DNA of 62,427 bases, filler included, from Actinomycetota bacterium (lineage in GTDB: Bacteria > Actinomycetota > Actinomycetes > JAKEEW01), in the NCBI GenBank assembly GCA_046725875.1. It is 4 parts of 4 records of this genome, joined end to end, with 100 filler letters (N's around TTAATTAATTAA, not from the genome) between each part and the next. Parts side by side here need not be neighbours in the genome. Positions count along the whole stretch, not along the records: positions 37,716 to 62,427 come from JBKOZJ010000012.1; 3 more parts are not named here. The stretch is one strand, 5' to 3'. Positions 51,300-61,632 of this stretch are shown one piece after another. Position 1 is the first letter of the stretch. Every line of letters starts with the position of its first letter. The notes below the pieces were generated by a model, which was not told where the DNA came from, did not search any database, and saw only the letters and a program-made list of their open reading frames with translations. Made by a program: the position numbers and the translations under genes.

Positions 51300-52958
51300 G
51301 TGGCGAGTGACGGTCCAGATGTCCGCCGAATGGTCGAGCTTGGCCTCCCGGAGTACATTGCCGTACCTGCTCGAGCGGCGCTCGGGGCAGATGCCGCAGA
51401 TGTCATCGCCGGCGACCCGTGGTCGGTGCTTGCCGTGCCGGGGGTTCGTCCAGAACAGGCCGACGGCTATGCGCGGTCTCGGCTCGGCCCAGCTGCCCGG
51501 CCGGACGATGAGCGGCGTCAGCTCGCCTTGGTGCGTTGGTTGCTGTCCCGCGCGGCCCGGGACGGCCACACCGTCCTGCCGCTCGAGATCGCGGGTCCTG
51601 CGCTGGCCGGCTACGGGCTTAACCTAGCGTCCGCGGTAGGCGCGGCCGCTCGGGCCGGTGTCGTCGTCGAAGCTACTTGGCGCGATGGCGGCCTAGCGCT
51701 GCCCGGCCTAGCTGTCGCCGAAGAGTCCATTGCGAAAGCGATCGCTTCCCGCCGGGTCATCGATTCTGATGCGGTAGGCGACCGCACGACGCCGAGAGAC
51801 ATGCTGGCTCCGGCCGAGCCCACCTTGGCAGTTCGGGCGGAAGCCGCTGGGCTGGCGCGTGATTCGGAGCTCGTCCGTTCGGTCGAGCAGGCACGGGCTC
51901 GGGACGAGTCCGTTCTGCTCGTCGCGTCAACACTCGGTGGAGCCATTCGCCTTTCCCACCTCGTCCGCGAACGGGCGGTGACGATCGCCGAGTTGCTGAC
52001 CGACCGGGATATGACTAGCTCACGCCGCGACCTGCTCCTTGTCGACGACGCAGAATGCCTTGACGCTCCGACGACTGCGGCGCTCCTCGCCGCGGTGGAG
52101 CCCGTTGAATCCGTGCGCCTCGTGATGGATCCACAGGGCATCCCGCCAACCCACGGGCCGGGTGACCCCGGACGGGATCTGCATACCTGGCTGAATCGCG
52201 AGGCGAGGACTCCCGAGGAGAACCACCACCCAACCAGAGAGGATCAACAGCGGCACCCGGCAGCGACCATTGCGGATCTCGTCCGCGCGATCGGCGAAGG
52301 GCGGCTGCCCCCGGTCGAGTCGCCGAATCTGGAAGTCGTCGTCGTCGCGGCCGGCAGTGGTCGGGAGGCTGCGCAGCGCGCGATCCAGCTTGTGACCGAC
52401 GCGATCCCGCGGGCGATCGGCATCAATACGGCCGACATCATGGTCCTCGGCGTCGCCCGGGGCGGCGTGGCCGGTGTCGACATCCTGAACCGTGAGTTGA
52501 AGGCGAGGCTAAATCCGGGCAACGGCACCTTCGGCGGGTTTGATACCGGAGACCGCGTCGCCTTTGCGACTGAATCAGGTCGGGCCCGGCCCGGTGACGT
52601 GGGTAGCGTCGTGGCGGCCGAGGAGAGCGAACTCCTGGTCGACGTCGCTGGTGAGCCGGTAAGGGCTCCCATCCGCGAGAGAGCACTGGAGCATGCCCGC
52701 GCGCTTCCCATTGCACAAGCCGCCGTTGGGCGCTGGCCGGCCGTTGTGGTCGTCCTCCCGGGCGAGTCGGCCGGCTACCTTTCCCGTGAGCTGCTTCGGA
52801 CCGCGTTCAGCCGAGCCGGACGCCACCTGTCGGTCATCCATGCCGCCGGGCCGAGCCTGGCCCGGACCGTCACACGGGGCTACAACCGGACACGGCGCAC
52901 CTTGCTCCCCCATTTCCTAGAAGAGCTCCGATCTAGTCGCCCTCCGGACCCGGGCTAG
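51300..52958 (+). CDS. RecD2-like HhH protein with degenerate helicase motifs
   Basis: DPW...ADxxA...D.RR...ARDGHT N-terminus; degenerate SF1B motifs; no GKS/T. Confidence 0.75.
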   Translation: MASDGPDVRRMVELGLPEYIAVPARAALGADAADVIAGDPWSVLAVPGVRPEQADGYARSRLGPAARPDDERRQLALVRWLLSRAARDGHTVLPLEIAGPALAGYGLNLASAVGAAARAGVVVEATWRDGGLALPGLAVAEESIAKAIASRRVIDSDAVGDRTTPRDMLAPAEPTLAVRAEAAGLARDSELVRSVEQARARDESVLLVASTLGGAIRLSHLVRERAVTIAELLTDRDMTSSRRDLLLVDDAECLDAPTTAALLAAVEPVESVRLVMDPQGIPPTHGPGDPGRDLHTWLNREARTPEENHHPTREDQQRHPAATIADLVRAIGEGRLPPVESPNLEVVVVAAGSGREAAQRAIQLVTDAIPRAIGINTADIMVLGVARGGVAGVDILNRELKARLNPGNGTFGGFDTGDRVAFATESGRARPGDVGSVVAAEESELLVDVAGEPVRAPIRERALEHARALPIAQAAVGRWPAVVVVLPGESAGYLSRELLRTAFSRAGRHLSVIHAAGPSLARTVTRGYNRTRRTLLPHFLEELRSSRPPDPG

Positions 52959-52984
52959 CCCCTGCCGCTGATCGGCTGCGTCTC

Positions 52985-53683
52985 CTAGATTGCCCGGTCG
53001 TCCTCGGCGCCTGCCCCGTACTCCTCGGCGCCTTCCCCGTACGCCTCGGCGTCCTCCTCGGGGCCCGTGGTAAAGATCTCGTCCACCCGGTAAATGAGCC
53101 GGTCCTCGCCGACATCGGAGAACGGGTCGTCCATCCAATCCTCGCCGGCGGCCGGGTCGCCAGCCACCAGCCACGTAGTTCCGCCCTGCCGGACGAGCCC
53201 GAAGTCTTCGGCTCGGTCGACCAGATCATCGTGGCCGTATGCGTCGATGAGCCGAGCGAATGCGTCGCCTATGTCCGCGACTTCGCCCCCAGTTAGTTCC
53301 TCGGCGTCATCCACCCAAGCCTCACGTGCGGCCGTCCGGCCAGCCTCGATCACGGCGTCCCGGTCTTCGATCTCGAAATCCCAGCGGGCCAACATCGAGA
53401 CCGATTCCGGTTCGACGTCGTACTCGTCCTCGCCGGCCAGACCGAGTGGTCGAGCGCCCTCGGTGAACACGAACGGAGTCACCTCGTCGTGCACCTCGAA
53501 CAGGAGATCGTCGTAACGATGCGCGGCGTCGTGCAGCGCACTGTAGGCGTCCTGCACCGTCGGGTCCGACTCCCCGGCCCGTTCCTCTATTGCGGCCAGA
53601 TGCCGGTCAACCGCGCGCTTGAGCTGCTCAGCCGCGGCTCGTACTTCACCCACGCCGGTGCCGGCCGTGTCGGAGTCGGTCAT
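52985..53683 (-). CDS. acidic conserved hypothetical protein
   Basis: AVDRHL...YDDLLFEVHDEVTPF; very D/E-rich. Confidence 0.8.
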   Translation of the reverse strand: MTDSDTAGTGVGEVRAAAEQLKRAVDRHLAAIEERAGESDPTVQDAYSALHDAAHRYDDLLFEVHDEVTPFVFTEGARPLGLAGEDEYDVEPESVSMLARWDFEIEDRDAVIEAGRTAAREAWVDDAEELTGGEVADIGDAFARLIDAYGHDDLVDRAEDFGLVRQGGTTWLVAGDPAAGEDWMDDPFSDVGEDRLIYRVDEIFTTGPEEDAEAYGEGAEEYGAGAEDDRAI

Positions 53684-53726
53684 GAACGGCTACGGTACGC
53701 CTCCCGACGACCCCCGGGTTGTGCAG

Positions 53727-55052
53727 TCAGCTCCCGGCGATGAAGCGACCGAGGACCCTGGTGCCGAACTTCAAGCCTTCGATTGGCACCCTTTCGTCCA
53801 CGCCGTGGAACATGCCCGCAAAGTCCAGGTCAGGCGGAAGCCGCAGCGGGGTGAAGCCGAAGCAGCGGATGCCCAGACGGGAGAACGACTTCGCGTCAGT
53901 GCCACCGGAGAGCATGTACGGGACAGCACGGGCGGCGGGATCCTCGGCCATCAGTGCGGCCGCCATCGCGTCGACAATGGCCCCCGAGAAGTCGGTTTCG
54001 ACGGCGATGTCGTGGTGGACGAACTCCCGCCGTACTTGTTGACCAAGCAGGCCGTCGAGCTCAGCGAAGAACTCCTCCTCGTGACCGGGGAGGAAGCGGC
54101 CGTCGACGTGGGCCTCGGCCCGGCCCGGGATGACGTTTACCTTGTAGCCGGCCGAGAGCATTGTCGGGTTCGCGGTGTTGCGAAGTGTCGCACCCACCAT
54201 CCGCGCGATCGGGCGCAGCTTGGCCACGGTCGTCTCAATATCGTTAGGGTCGAACTCGATTCCGAGCGCGGCGGAGATCTCGTCCAGGAACGCCCGCACG
54301 GTCGGGGTGAGCGTCGCCGCGAAACGATGCCGGCCCACCCGGGCCACCGCCTCGGCCAGCTCGGTGATCGAGTTGTCCTCGTTCGTCATCGAACCGTGCC
54401 CAGCGGTTCCGTCGGCGACGAGCCGGAGCCAAGCCATGCCCTTCTCAGCGGTCTCGATGAGGTAGAGCCGCGACTCTTCCGAGATCGTGTAGGAGAAGCC
54501 GCCGACCTCGCCGATGGCCTCGGTGCATCCATCGAAGAGGTCAGGGCGTGACTCGACCAGCCAGCGTGCCCCTGCCTCGCTCCCGGCCTCCTCGTCCGCG
54601 ACGAACGCCACCACCAGGTCGCGGGGCGGTCGCCGGCCCTGCCGAGCCAGTTGCCGGACGACGGCGAGCGTCATGGCATCCATGTCCTTCATGTCGATTG
54701 CACCGCGGCCCCAGACGCAGCCGTCCTTGATCTCACCCGCGAACGGATCGACCTGCCAGTCCACCGGGTTTGCCGGCACAACGTCGAGGTGGCCGTGGAT
54801 CAGGAGCGCACTGCGACCGCTGTCCTCACCGGGAATGCGAGCGATGACGCTCGTCCGTCTCGGCCTTGATTCGATGACCTGAGGCTCGATGCCGACCTCG
54901 GCAAGCTTCCCGGCGACGTAGTCCGCAGCCGCGCGCTCGCCCGGACCTGAGTCGTCGCCGTAGTTGGACGTATCGATCCTGATCAGTGCTTGGCAAAGTT
55001 CCACGACCTCGTCCTCGGCGCTGATCGGGATGTCTGCCTCGGGCCGGGTCAT
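53727..55052 (-). CDS. M20/M25/M40 metallo-hydrolase
   Basis: HGHLDVVP, WGRGAIDMK, ADEEAG, GGTD, HGVDER; GGAGG RBS. Confidence 0.94.
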   Translation of the reverse strand: MTRPEADIPISAEDEVVELCQALIRIDTSNYGDDSGPGERAAADYVAGKLAEVGIEPQVIESRPRRTSVIARIPGEDSGRSALLIHGHLDVVPANPVDWQVDPFAGEIKDGCVWGRGAIDMKDMDAMTLAVVRQLARQGRRPPRDLVVAFVADEEAGSEAGARWLVESRPDLFDGCTEAIGEVGGFSYTISEESRLYLIETAEKGMAWLRLVADGTAGHGSMTNEDNSITELAEAVARVGRHRFAATLTPTVRAFLDEISAALGIEFDPNDIETTVAKLRPIARMVGATLRNTANPTMLSAGYKVNVIPGRAEAHVDGRFLPGHEEEFFAELDGLLGQQVRREFVHHDIAVETDFSGAIVDAMAAALMAEDPAARAVPYMLSGGTDAKSFSRLGIRCFGFTPLRLPPDLDFAGMFHGVDERVPIEGLKFGTRVLGRFIAGS

Positions 55053-55285
55053 GAGGGCTCCTCCATGGCTGCGTCGAAGATCGAAACCGTCTCGCGCTCG
55101 CCATTCTGCCGTGAGTCTCAACCCGGACGAAGAGATCCACAAACCCGGACGAACGGCTCGGCCGACCGCTTCCAACATGCGCCTTGGGCGGCGGTGGCTC
55201 GGCTGGCGTCGAGGTGCCGGTTGTTTGTATCGTTGGGCGCACACGAGCCGATCGAGCATGATCAGCCATGCTCGTGCTGACCCGA

Positions 55286-55369
55286 GTCCGGGTGGCGGAA
55301 TTGGTAGACGCGCTAGCTTGAGGTGCTAGTGCCCGCAAGGGCTTGGGGGTTCAAGTCCCCCCTCGGACA
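55286..55369 (+). tRNA. tRNA-Leu(GAG)
   Basis: GTCCGGG/CTCGGAC acceptor stem, CTAGC-TTGAGGT-GCTAG anticodon arm, long variable arm, GGTTCAA T-loop; CCA not encoded. Confidence 0.95.
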
Positions 55370-55545
55370 CGAACAGTTAGCCAACGGGTCCTGGTTCGCT
55401 GCGTTTGCTGTGACCAGGACTTTCTGCTTGTCGGGGTCGTCGGCCAGCGTGACCCCAAGCTGGCTATAGATCGTTGCCTTGCGGCGCGGGTCGGCCTGGC
55501 CCAGCATCGCCACAGCGTCGCCGAGATCATGAAGCGCGCGACAGT
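55351..55545 (-). pseudogene. C-terminal remnant of a large serine recombinase reading into the tRNA 3' end
   Basis: LHDLGDAVAMLGQADPRRKATIYSQLGVTL...; shifted frame ends VRVRGGT* inside the tRNA. Confidence 0.65.
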
Positions 55546-55585
55546 TGCTCAAGGTCGAGACGTCTGGGAGGGGTGGTCTGCGGGG

Positions 55586-55762
55586 GTCTGTTGCATTGAG
55601 CGATCGCAAGTGATCTTGGCAGGAAGATTTACCGTCAGCTCCAGTCAGCGCGGCGTGGGCGGTGGTTACGAGGCTTCAACAGCCAGCCGTGAGGCACCCA
55701 GAGGGAGCTTCCGCCGTAAGGCCTCCGGTCAAGATCACTCGCGATCACTCGATGCAACAGAC
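55586..55762. mobile_element. 177-bp MITE-like element with 41-bp imperfect terminal inverted repeats
   Basis: Left GTCTGTTGCATTGAGCGATCGCAAGTGATCTTGGCAGGAAG vs right (reverse complement) GTCTGTTGCATCGAGTGATCGCGAGTGATCTTGACCGGAGG, 35 of 41. Confidence 0.7.
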
Positions 55763-56007
55763 TGCGCACGTCTGCCCAACGATCCGCCGCGACCGGATGA
55801 TGGAGGTGCTTACGCCGTCGGGCTGGGACTGCGCGAGCGTCGACGGTTGGGGCGCGCCGCCCCGGCCTCGCCTGCAGGCCAATGGCGTGTTCGAACCGCA
55901 ACCTGCGTGTCCCCCGATCTGTTCGACCTCGTCGCGGCGAAGCGACGACTCGTTGCGATGCATCGGTGGCGGGAAGCCTTCGCACTCGGTCCGCGTTCAT
56001 CACGTCC

Positions 56008-56937
56008 ATGCTCGCGCTCCGCGTCACGGCAGTGGCCCCCCATGTAGCGATGGTCGAAGCAGAGGACCCGGTTCAGTTGCCGGGCGAAGCACTCGTCCGC
56101 GTCCGGGCATTCTCGCTCAATCACGGCGAGGTCGTCGACCTTAGGCGTGGGACGGAGGGGGCGTCGGTTGGCTGGGACCTGGTCGGCGTCGTCGAGCATG
56201 CGGCCGTCGATGGAACCGGCCCGCCAGCGGGCGCACGAGTCGTCGGCCTCGTCAGGCGAGGTGCCTGGGCCGAGTTCGTCGCCGTTCCGACGTCGCAGCT
56301 GGCTGTCGTTCCCGTGACCGTCTCGGATGTTCCGGCGGCCACGCTGCCGACGGCCGGCTTGACGGCGCTGCGCTCGCTGGAGTTGGGCGGGCTTCTCCTT
56401 GCCAAGCGAGTTCTCGTCACCGGAGCAACCGGAGGCGTTGGACGCTTCGCGGTGCAGCTCGCGGCGCTCGCCGGCGCGGTCGTGACCGCCCTCGTACGCA
56501 ATGTCGACACCGACCGTGCGCCGCTGCGGCGTATGGGCGCGACTCACGTCGTCGACGCCGTTGAGGACGAGTTCGACCTGGTCGTGGACGCGGTGGGCGG
56601 CTCGACGTTCGCCGCCGCCATCGAAAACATCGCGCCACGAGGCCTGGTCGTCAATATCGGCACCGGGAGCCCAGACGAGATCGTTTCATTCCGGGCTGCG
56701 CGCTTCGACCGGGCACCGGGAGCGAGGATCTACACCTTCAACCTGTTCGATGAGCTCCCTCGCATGAATCCACCATCAGACCTCACCCGGCTGGTCCGCC
56801 TCCTCGAGCAGCGAAAGCTCGCCGCGCCCGTGGAGTTCGAGGCGCCGTGGCAGGACATCGGCCGGGCGATCGACGCGCTTCTGACGCGCACGATCTCCCG
56901 CAAGGCGGTGCTGCATGTCCACCAACCCGATCCATAG
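56008..56937 (+). CDS. MDR-family (quinone oxidoreductase-like) dehydrogenase
   Basis: [30 protein letters not shown]. Confidence 0.9.
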   Translation: MLALRVTAVAPHVAMVEAEDPVQLPGEALVRVRAFSLNHGEVVDLRRGTEGASVGWDLVGVVEHAAVDGTGPPAGARVVGLVRRGAWAEFVAVPTSQLAVVPVTVSDVPAATLPTAGLTALRSLELGGLLLAKRVLVTGATGGVGRFAVQLAALAGAVVTALVRNVDTDRAPLRRMGATHVVDAVEDEFDLVVDAVGGSTFAAAIENIAPRGLVVNIGTGSPDEIVSFRAARFDRAPGARIYTFNLFDELPRMNPPSDLTRLVRLLEQRKLAAPVEFEAPWQDIGRAIDALLTRTISRKAVLHVHQPDP

Positions 56938-57029
56938 CTCAGACGTCCTACGCCTTGCCAATCACCGGTTCGCTGCGGTCCGGGAGATCCGGCGATCCGG
57001 GCGCGATCTCGTTTGGGTGGCGGCAGCCG

Positions 57030-57637
57030 TACCGCCGACCGGCGCGAAGCCGTCGAGGATAGCGTCGACGAGGCGGGGTGCTGACCTGGCGGTCAAGTGG
57101 GCTTCCGCTGAGGAGTAACCGGCAGAAAACCGGTCCCAGCAGCGGCTCGTGCACAGGCGTGACGTCGGTCGTGCGCTGCTGGCGCCGAGAAGGCGACCGC
57201 TCGGTCAGCGCTTGGATGAACGCGGGTCGTTGCCCGGCGGGATGGTGTCTTGCGCGCGGATAATGCCGTCGGGTCCCCGAACCTGCAGCTCTCCCCCACC
57301 GTCATTGCCGAGGGTCTCCCGGGCACCGGCAATGCCCTCGGCCTGTGTAACGCCTGGCGGGCGTCGGGCACAGCGATCTGGAAGCTGATCATGGCCGAAC
57401 CGCCGAGGACCGGCCGTCGTCGAACGCGGCCTGGGGTGGAAATGGTCGGCCATGATCTGGTCGACCCACGACTCCAGCTGCTCGGGGATGCAGGGGGTTC
57501 GGCGGCGGCCAAGCCTCAGGACCGCCATGCCACGCGGCGGGTGCCGGCTCCCAGCTCGGCAGACCGTTGGCGAACGGGAGCACCTTCAGATAGTCAACGA
57601 CCTCGTCACGGTCGATGCGACGAATCTCGATCACCAC
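57030..57637 (-). pseudogene. mosaic of relics: frameshifted Eis-like GNAT N-terminus and a TetR C-terminus
   Basis: IEIRRIDRDE.../QAAFDDGR/VLGGSAMISFQIAVP; LLGPVFCRLLLSGSPLD/RLVDAILDGFAP. Confidence 0.5.
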
Positions 57638-57693
57638 GTCAAATCCAGCCGCGGGAGAGGCAGCACGGACAACCGAAATTCAGCAGGACTGCG

Positions 57694-58695
57694 CTACATC
57701 CCTGCGGTGGTTACGGCATGTTCCGTGTTTGCGGCGACGATGCTGTCGGCGAGGGCGGTTCGCCGGTACAGCACGCGTCGTCCGGTACGCCAGGAGGTGG
57801 CCAAGCTGCTGCGGCGCAGGACCGCCAGGTGCTGGCTCACTGCGGGTGGGCTTTGCCCCAGCTTGATGGCGAGTTCGGTGGTGGTCATCGGCAGGGCGAG
57901 GTTGGTGAGGATCGCAGCCCGGCTGCGGCCGATGAGGGCGGTCAACGGGTCCTCGCCAGTCGCAGCTGGTTCGGTGTGGGACCACAGGTTGCCCACGCCG
58001 CGGGCGGCATAGGTCAGGGTGCAGGGGCGGGACTGGCCGATCGCGAAGATCACCTTGGGCCAGACGAACACCGACGGTACGAGCACCATGCCCACCCCGG
58101 CGAGATTTTCCTGGGAGGCGACGGGCTTGTCGATGTGGAGAGTGTCCTCGGCGACGGTGACTGTCTCGTGTAGGCCGGCGAGCATCGCGCCGAGCCCACC
58201 GTTGGTGAGCGCGGTCGCTCGGAATGCGACATCCTCATCGAGGATCGCGCGCATCGAACGCCAATGCGGTTCAACTGCGATGCACCAATATCGCCAGAGC
58301 GCGTCTGCTACCCGGCCCGGCCCCCCGGGGTCATCAACCACCTTCCGTGCCGCTGCCGGGAGCGGTTCGCCCTGCCAGACCTCTTCGACCTCGCGGCGCA
58401 GCTGCCACGCCGGCATCCCGGCGACAAGCTTGAGCTGATCCTCGATCGTGGTTGCGGTATCGGAGGCGCCGGTGAAGAGGAAGTCGGCGATGAACGGCCG
58501 GGGTGGCACGATCGCTGCCAGCAGGCCCATGTCGACGCCGTGCAGCGCCTCACGGACGCCGGAGAACCAGGCCCGATGCAGGAAGTGGATCCGGCCCGAA
58601 GTGATCATGTGCAGGCTCTCGGCGACCTCGGCCAGTGGCGAGTACGCAAACCGCGTCCGCCGAAGATCCGCCGCACTCATCGGGACGGTTATCAT
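57694..58695 (-). CDS. ArsR-type wHTH regulator with N-terminal DUF5937-like domain
   Basis: RFAYSPLAE, LVPSVFVWP, TTTELA...VSQHLAVLR...RRVLY. Confidence 0.88.
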   Translation of the reverse strand: MITVPMSAADLRRTRFAYSPLAEVAESLHMITSGRIHFLHRAWFSGVREALHGVDMGLLAAIVPPRPFIADFLFTGASDTATTIEDQLKLVAGMPAWQLRREVEEVWQGEPLPAAARKVVDDPGGPGRVADALWRYWCIAVEPHWRSMRAILDEDVAFRATALTNGGLGAMLAGLHETVTVAEDTLHIDKPVASQENLAGVGMVLVPSVFVWPKVIFAIGQSRPCTLTYAARGVGNLWSHTEPAATGEDPLTALIGRSRAAILTNLALPMTTTELAIKLGQSPPAVSQHLAVLRRSSLATSWRTGRRVLYRRTALADSIVAANTEHAVTTAGM

Positions 58696-59379
58696 CTATT
58701 GAGGCTAAGAAGGGCTATTGGTGCGGCAAAGGTCCAATCTTGAGCTACTTAACTGAGCCAATGTGACAGGCTCAGCGAGCTGCCGTTGCCGTAGTGCTTT
58801 GCGGCGGCCGCCCACACATCCGTCGGGCGCTTGCATGCCACACCCTTAAGCCTTGTCATCGACTCGATGATGTCGAGTGCGGCCCGCTCGCATCGGTCAA
58901 GCGGCCCTCCCTGCCGGCCGCGGTTGCGAAAATCCGCTCGTGCGGTTCGCTGGCTTGGTGAGCGTCTCGCTGTGCATGTCGCGGCAGTAGGGGACGGGTT
59001 GATCTAGCTGGGTCATCGCTGACCAGCTCCACGAAGGGGTTGGCCAGGCTCCGCGACGGCACCGCCGGTACCGACAGCTTCCACCGAGTTGCAGATGGCT
59101 GGAAGTGTTTCAAACCCAGAGGGGTTCGGCTCAGGCTTAATCTTCGCGCCGTTGCCGTCTCGGCCGTATAGCTTGCTCTTGAGACCGGCCGGGCTCGCCC
59201 GAGGAGAAGATCGTGGCTGCCAGGCTCGACATCGCGGACTGTGCCCGTGGCTGGTACAAGGCGATGCTCGTCCTCGGAAGTGCGCGTCCGGCAGACCCGG
59301 CAGGCCGGGTTTCCCGGCTCGGCGACGATGACGATCGGCGTCGTCGTCGCGACCTATCGATCGAGCTGACAGGTGGGCG

Positions 59380-60030
59380 ATGACGGCGAAATATCCTGAC
59401 CGCATCCGAGTGCGTCGCAACCCCAAGAAGGGCCGTTACGCGCGGGACCAGATCGAGGCGATCCTGGACCGCTCGCTCGTCGGCCACGTTGCCTTCGTCG
59501 ACCGGGGCGAGCCGGTCTGTATCCCGATGCTCTACGCACGGATCGACCGCGATCTTTACATTCACGGTTCACGCGTGAGCCGGGCGATGCGGGTCCTGTC
59601 GCGGGGCGGGCCTGCCTGTGTTGCGGTGACGGTCCTCGACGGGCTCGTGCTCGCCCGCTCGGCCTTTGAGCACAGCGCCAACTACGAGTCCGTGGTCGCC
59701 TTCGGCCGCTTTCGCGAGATCGGCGGCGAGGAGGAGCGACTGGCAGCGCTTGCTGCCTTCACGAACCAGTTGGTGCCCGGCCGCTGGAGCGAGGTCCGCC
59801 CACCGAGCGCCAAGGAGCTGAAGGCAACTATGGTGCTCGCGATGGAGATCGTGGAAGCGTCAGCGTAGGTGCGCCATGGGCCTCCAGACGACGACGACAC
59901 CGAGGACGCCGTACTGGACGTGTGGGCAGGCGAGGTGCCGATCATTCACGCTGTCGGAATCCCTGTTCCGTCGCCGGGCCTGCGACCGGACATCGAGCTC
60001 GCACCGAGTCTCGGGCGCATGCGCGGCTGA
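59380..60030 (+). pseudogene. pyridoxamine 5'-phosphate oxidase-like (NimA-type) flavoprotein with in-frame TAG at 59866-59868
   Basis: LYIHGS, DGLVLARSAFEHSANYESVV, EASA*VRHGPP...VWAGEVP continues in frame to TGA 60030. Confidence 0.85.
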
Positions 60031-60366
60031 CCACGTTCGTCGATCGCGACAACACCCGCGGCGGATTGGGCCGGCAGCAACAGCAGTGCCGCAGCCTGAA
60101 AAGAAGACTGACTGACCGGCGCGCCCTAGTGCCGGGAGGTGCCTCGCTTGCGGTGGCGCTGGATTCGGTCCCCAGCAGTAGGGTGCACATCGGATCCTTT
60201 CTGGTGGAGCGCGACGCGTCCACGACGTTTCCCCGCTCTGAGAGAGCCGGTTACGGACCTGACTCTCCCCGCCGGTTCGCCGGAGCGAGCCCGGACACGC
60301 CCGGCCAGGCGGCTCGGTCGGTCCCTCGGACGCCAGGAGATGCGCCTATCCAAGTCGTTGATATTC

Positions 60367-61632
60367 TCAGCCGGAGATGTCGCCTGTCTTGTAGTCGAGG
60401 TTGGTGTACTTGTTGTCGGCGCCGTACTGGTAAATGCCGATGGTGGCAACCGCTGGGTCACCGACGTCGTTGAACTCCACCGGGCCGGAGACACCGTCGT
60501 AGTCGATGTCCTTGCCGTCGTCGAGCAGCGCCTTGCAGGACTTGAAGTCGTTGCACTTCTCGCCGCCCTTGCTGACGTTGATCAGCTGGGAGGCGATCGC
60601 CTGCCCGCTGTCGTTCTTCGCGGCCTGAGCAGCGAGAGCGATCAGATTCGTCGCGTCGTAGGACTCGGGGCCGTAGCTGAAGTCCTCGAGCTTCGGGTCA
60701 ACGCCGAGCAGCTTCTGCTGGAATTCCTGAGGCGAGGCGGCGCCCGGCAGGGTGCCTTTGGCACCGTGGAGCGTGCCCCGCGGGAACTTGTAGCTGTTGG
60801 ACAGGTTGCCGTCCACGAAGTACCACGGCACCGACTTGTTCGGCAGGCCCTGCGCGACCAGCTCTGGCACGATGTTCTCGGTCTCGTTGAACGCGATCAG
60901 TGCGATCGCGTCCGGAGTCGCTGCCTTCACCTTGGAGACCACCGACGCGAAGTTCGTCGTGTCGGTGCCGTAGATCTGCTTGGCCACCACCTCTCCGCCG
61001 CCCTCGGTGAAGAACTTCTCGGTGTTGTCCGCGAGGCCCGTGCCGTACGCGTCCTGGCGAGCGATGATCGCAAGCTTCTGGTGACCGTCCTCGGCGATCA
61101 GGTCGGAGAGCACCCGGCCCTGCAGCACGTCCGGCGGAGCGGTCCGGAAGTAGAGGCCTTTGTCGGGGTAGGTCGACAGCTTGTCGGACGTGTTCGCGGG
61201 CGAGAAGTGGACGACGCCAGCACCCGTGATCTTGTCGATGACGTTCAGTGAGACGCCAGAAGCTGCCGCCCCGACGATGGTGTCCGCCTTCTGGTTAATC
61301 AAGCTATCCACCGACGGGTTGGCCACGTCCGGAGCATCGTCGCCAGAATCGGTGTCGATCTCCTTGACCGGCTTACCGAGCACGCCGCCGGCCTCGTTGA
61401 CCTCCTTCACCGCGAGGTGAACACCAGCGAGCATGGGTGGACCGAGGAAGGCGAGGTCACCGGTCTGCGGAAGCAGAGTGCCCAGCGTCAGGACACCGTC
61501 GCCGGCCGGCGTGCTGGTGGGCGAGGCGCCACCCGCGGTCGAGTCGTCATCGTCGCCACCGCACGCGGTGAGGATGAGGCCGGTCGCGCCCAGCACGGCG
61601 AGTGCTCGCCATCCGGGAGTGGGGCCGATCAT
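60367..61632 (-). CDS. branched-chain amino acid ABC substrate-binding lipoprotein (LivJ/K-like)
   Basis: Lipobox LTAC, LLPQTG, VNEAGGVLG, YFRTAPPD, DYDGVSG; GAAGGAG RBS. Confidence 0.92.
   Translation of the reverse strand: MIGPTPGWRALAVLGATGLILTACGGDDDDSTAGGASPTSTPAGDGVLTLGTLLPQTGDLAFLGPPMLAGVHLAVKEVNEAGGVLGKPVKEIDTDSGDDAPDVANPSVDSLINQKADTIVGAAASGVSLNVIDKITGAGVVHFSPANTSDKLSTYPDKGLYFRTAPPDVLQGRVLSDLIAEDGHQKLAIIARQDAYGTGLADNTEKFFTEGGGEVVAKQIYGTDTTNFASVVSKVKAATPDAIALIAFNETENIVPELVAQGLPNKSVPWYFVDGNLSNSYKFPRGTLHGAKGTLPGAASPQEFQQKLLGVDPKLEDFSYGPESYDATNLIALAAQAAKNDSGQAIASQLINVSKGGEKCNDFKSCKALLDDGKDIDYDGVSGPVEFNDVGDPAVATIGIYQYGADNKYTNLDYKTGDISG

Noticed and set aside
53000..53060. 21-bp tandem repeats at the end of the acidic protein gene
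   Set aside because: Encodes a low-complexity AExYG tail; ordinary coding repeat
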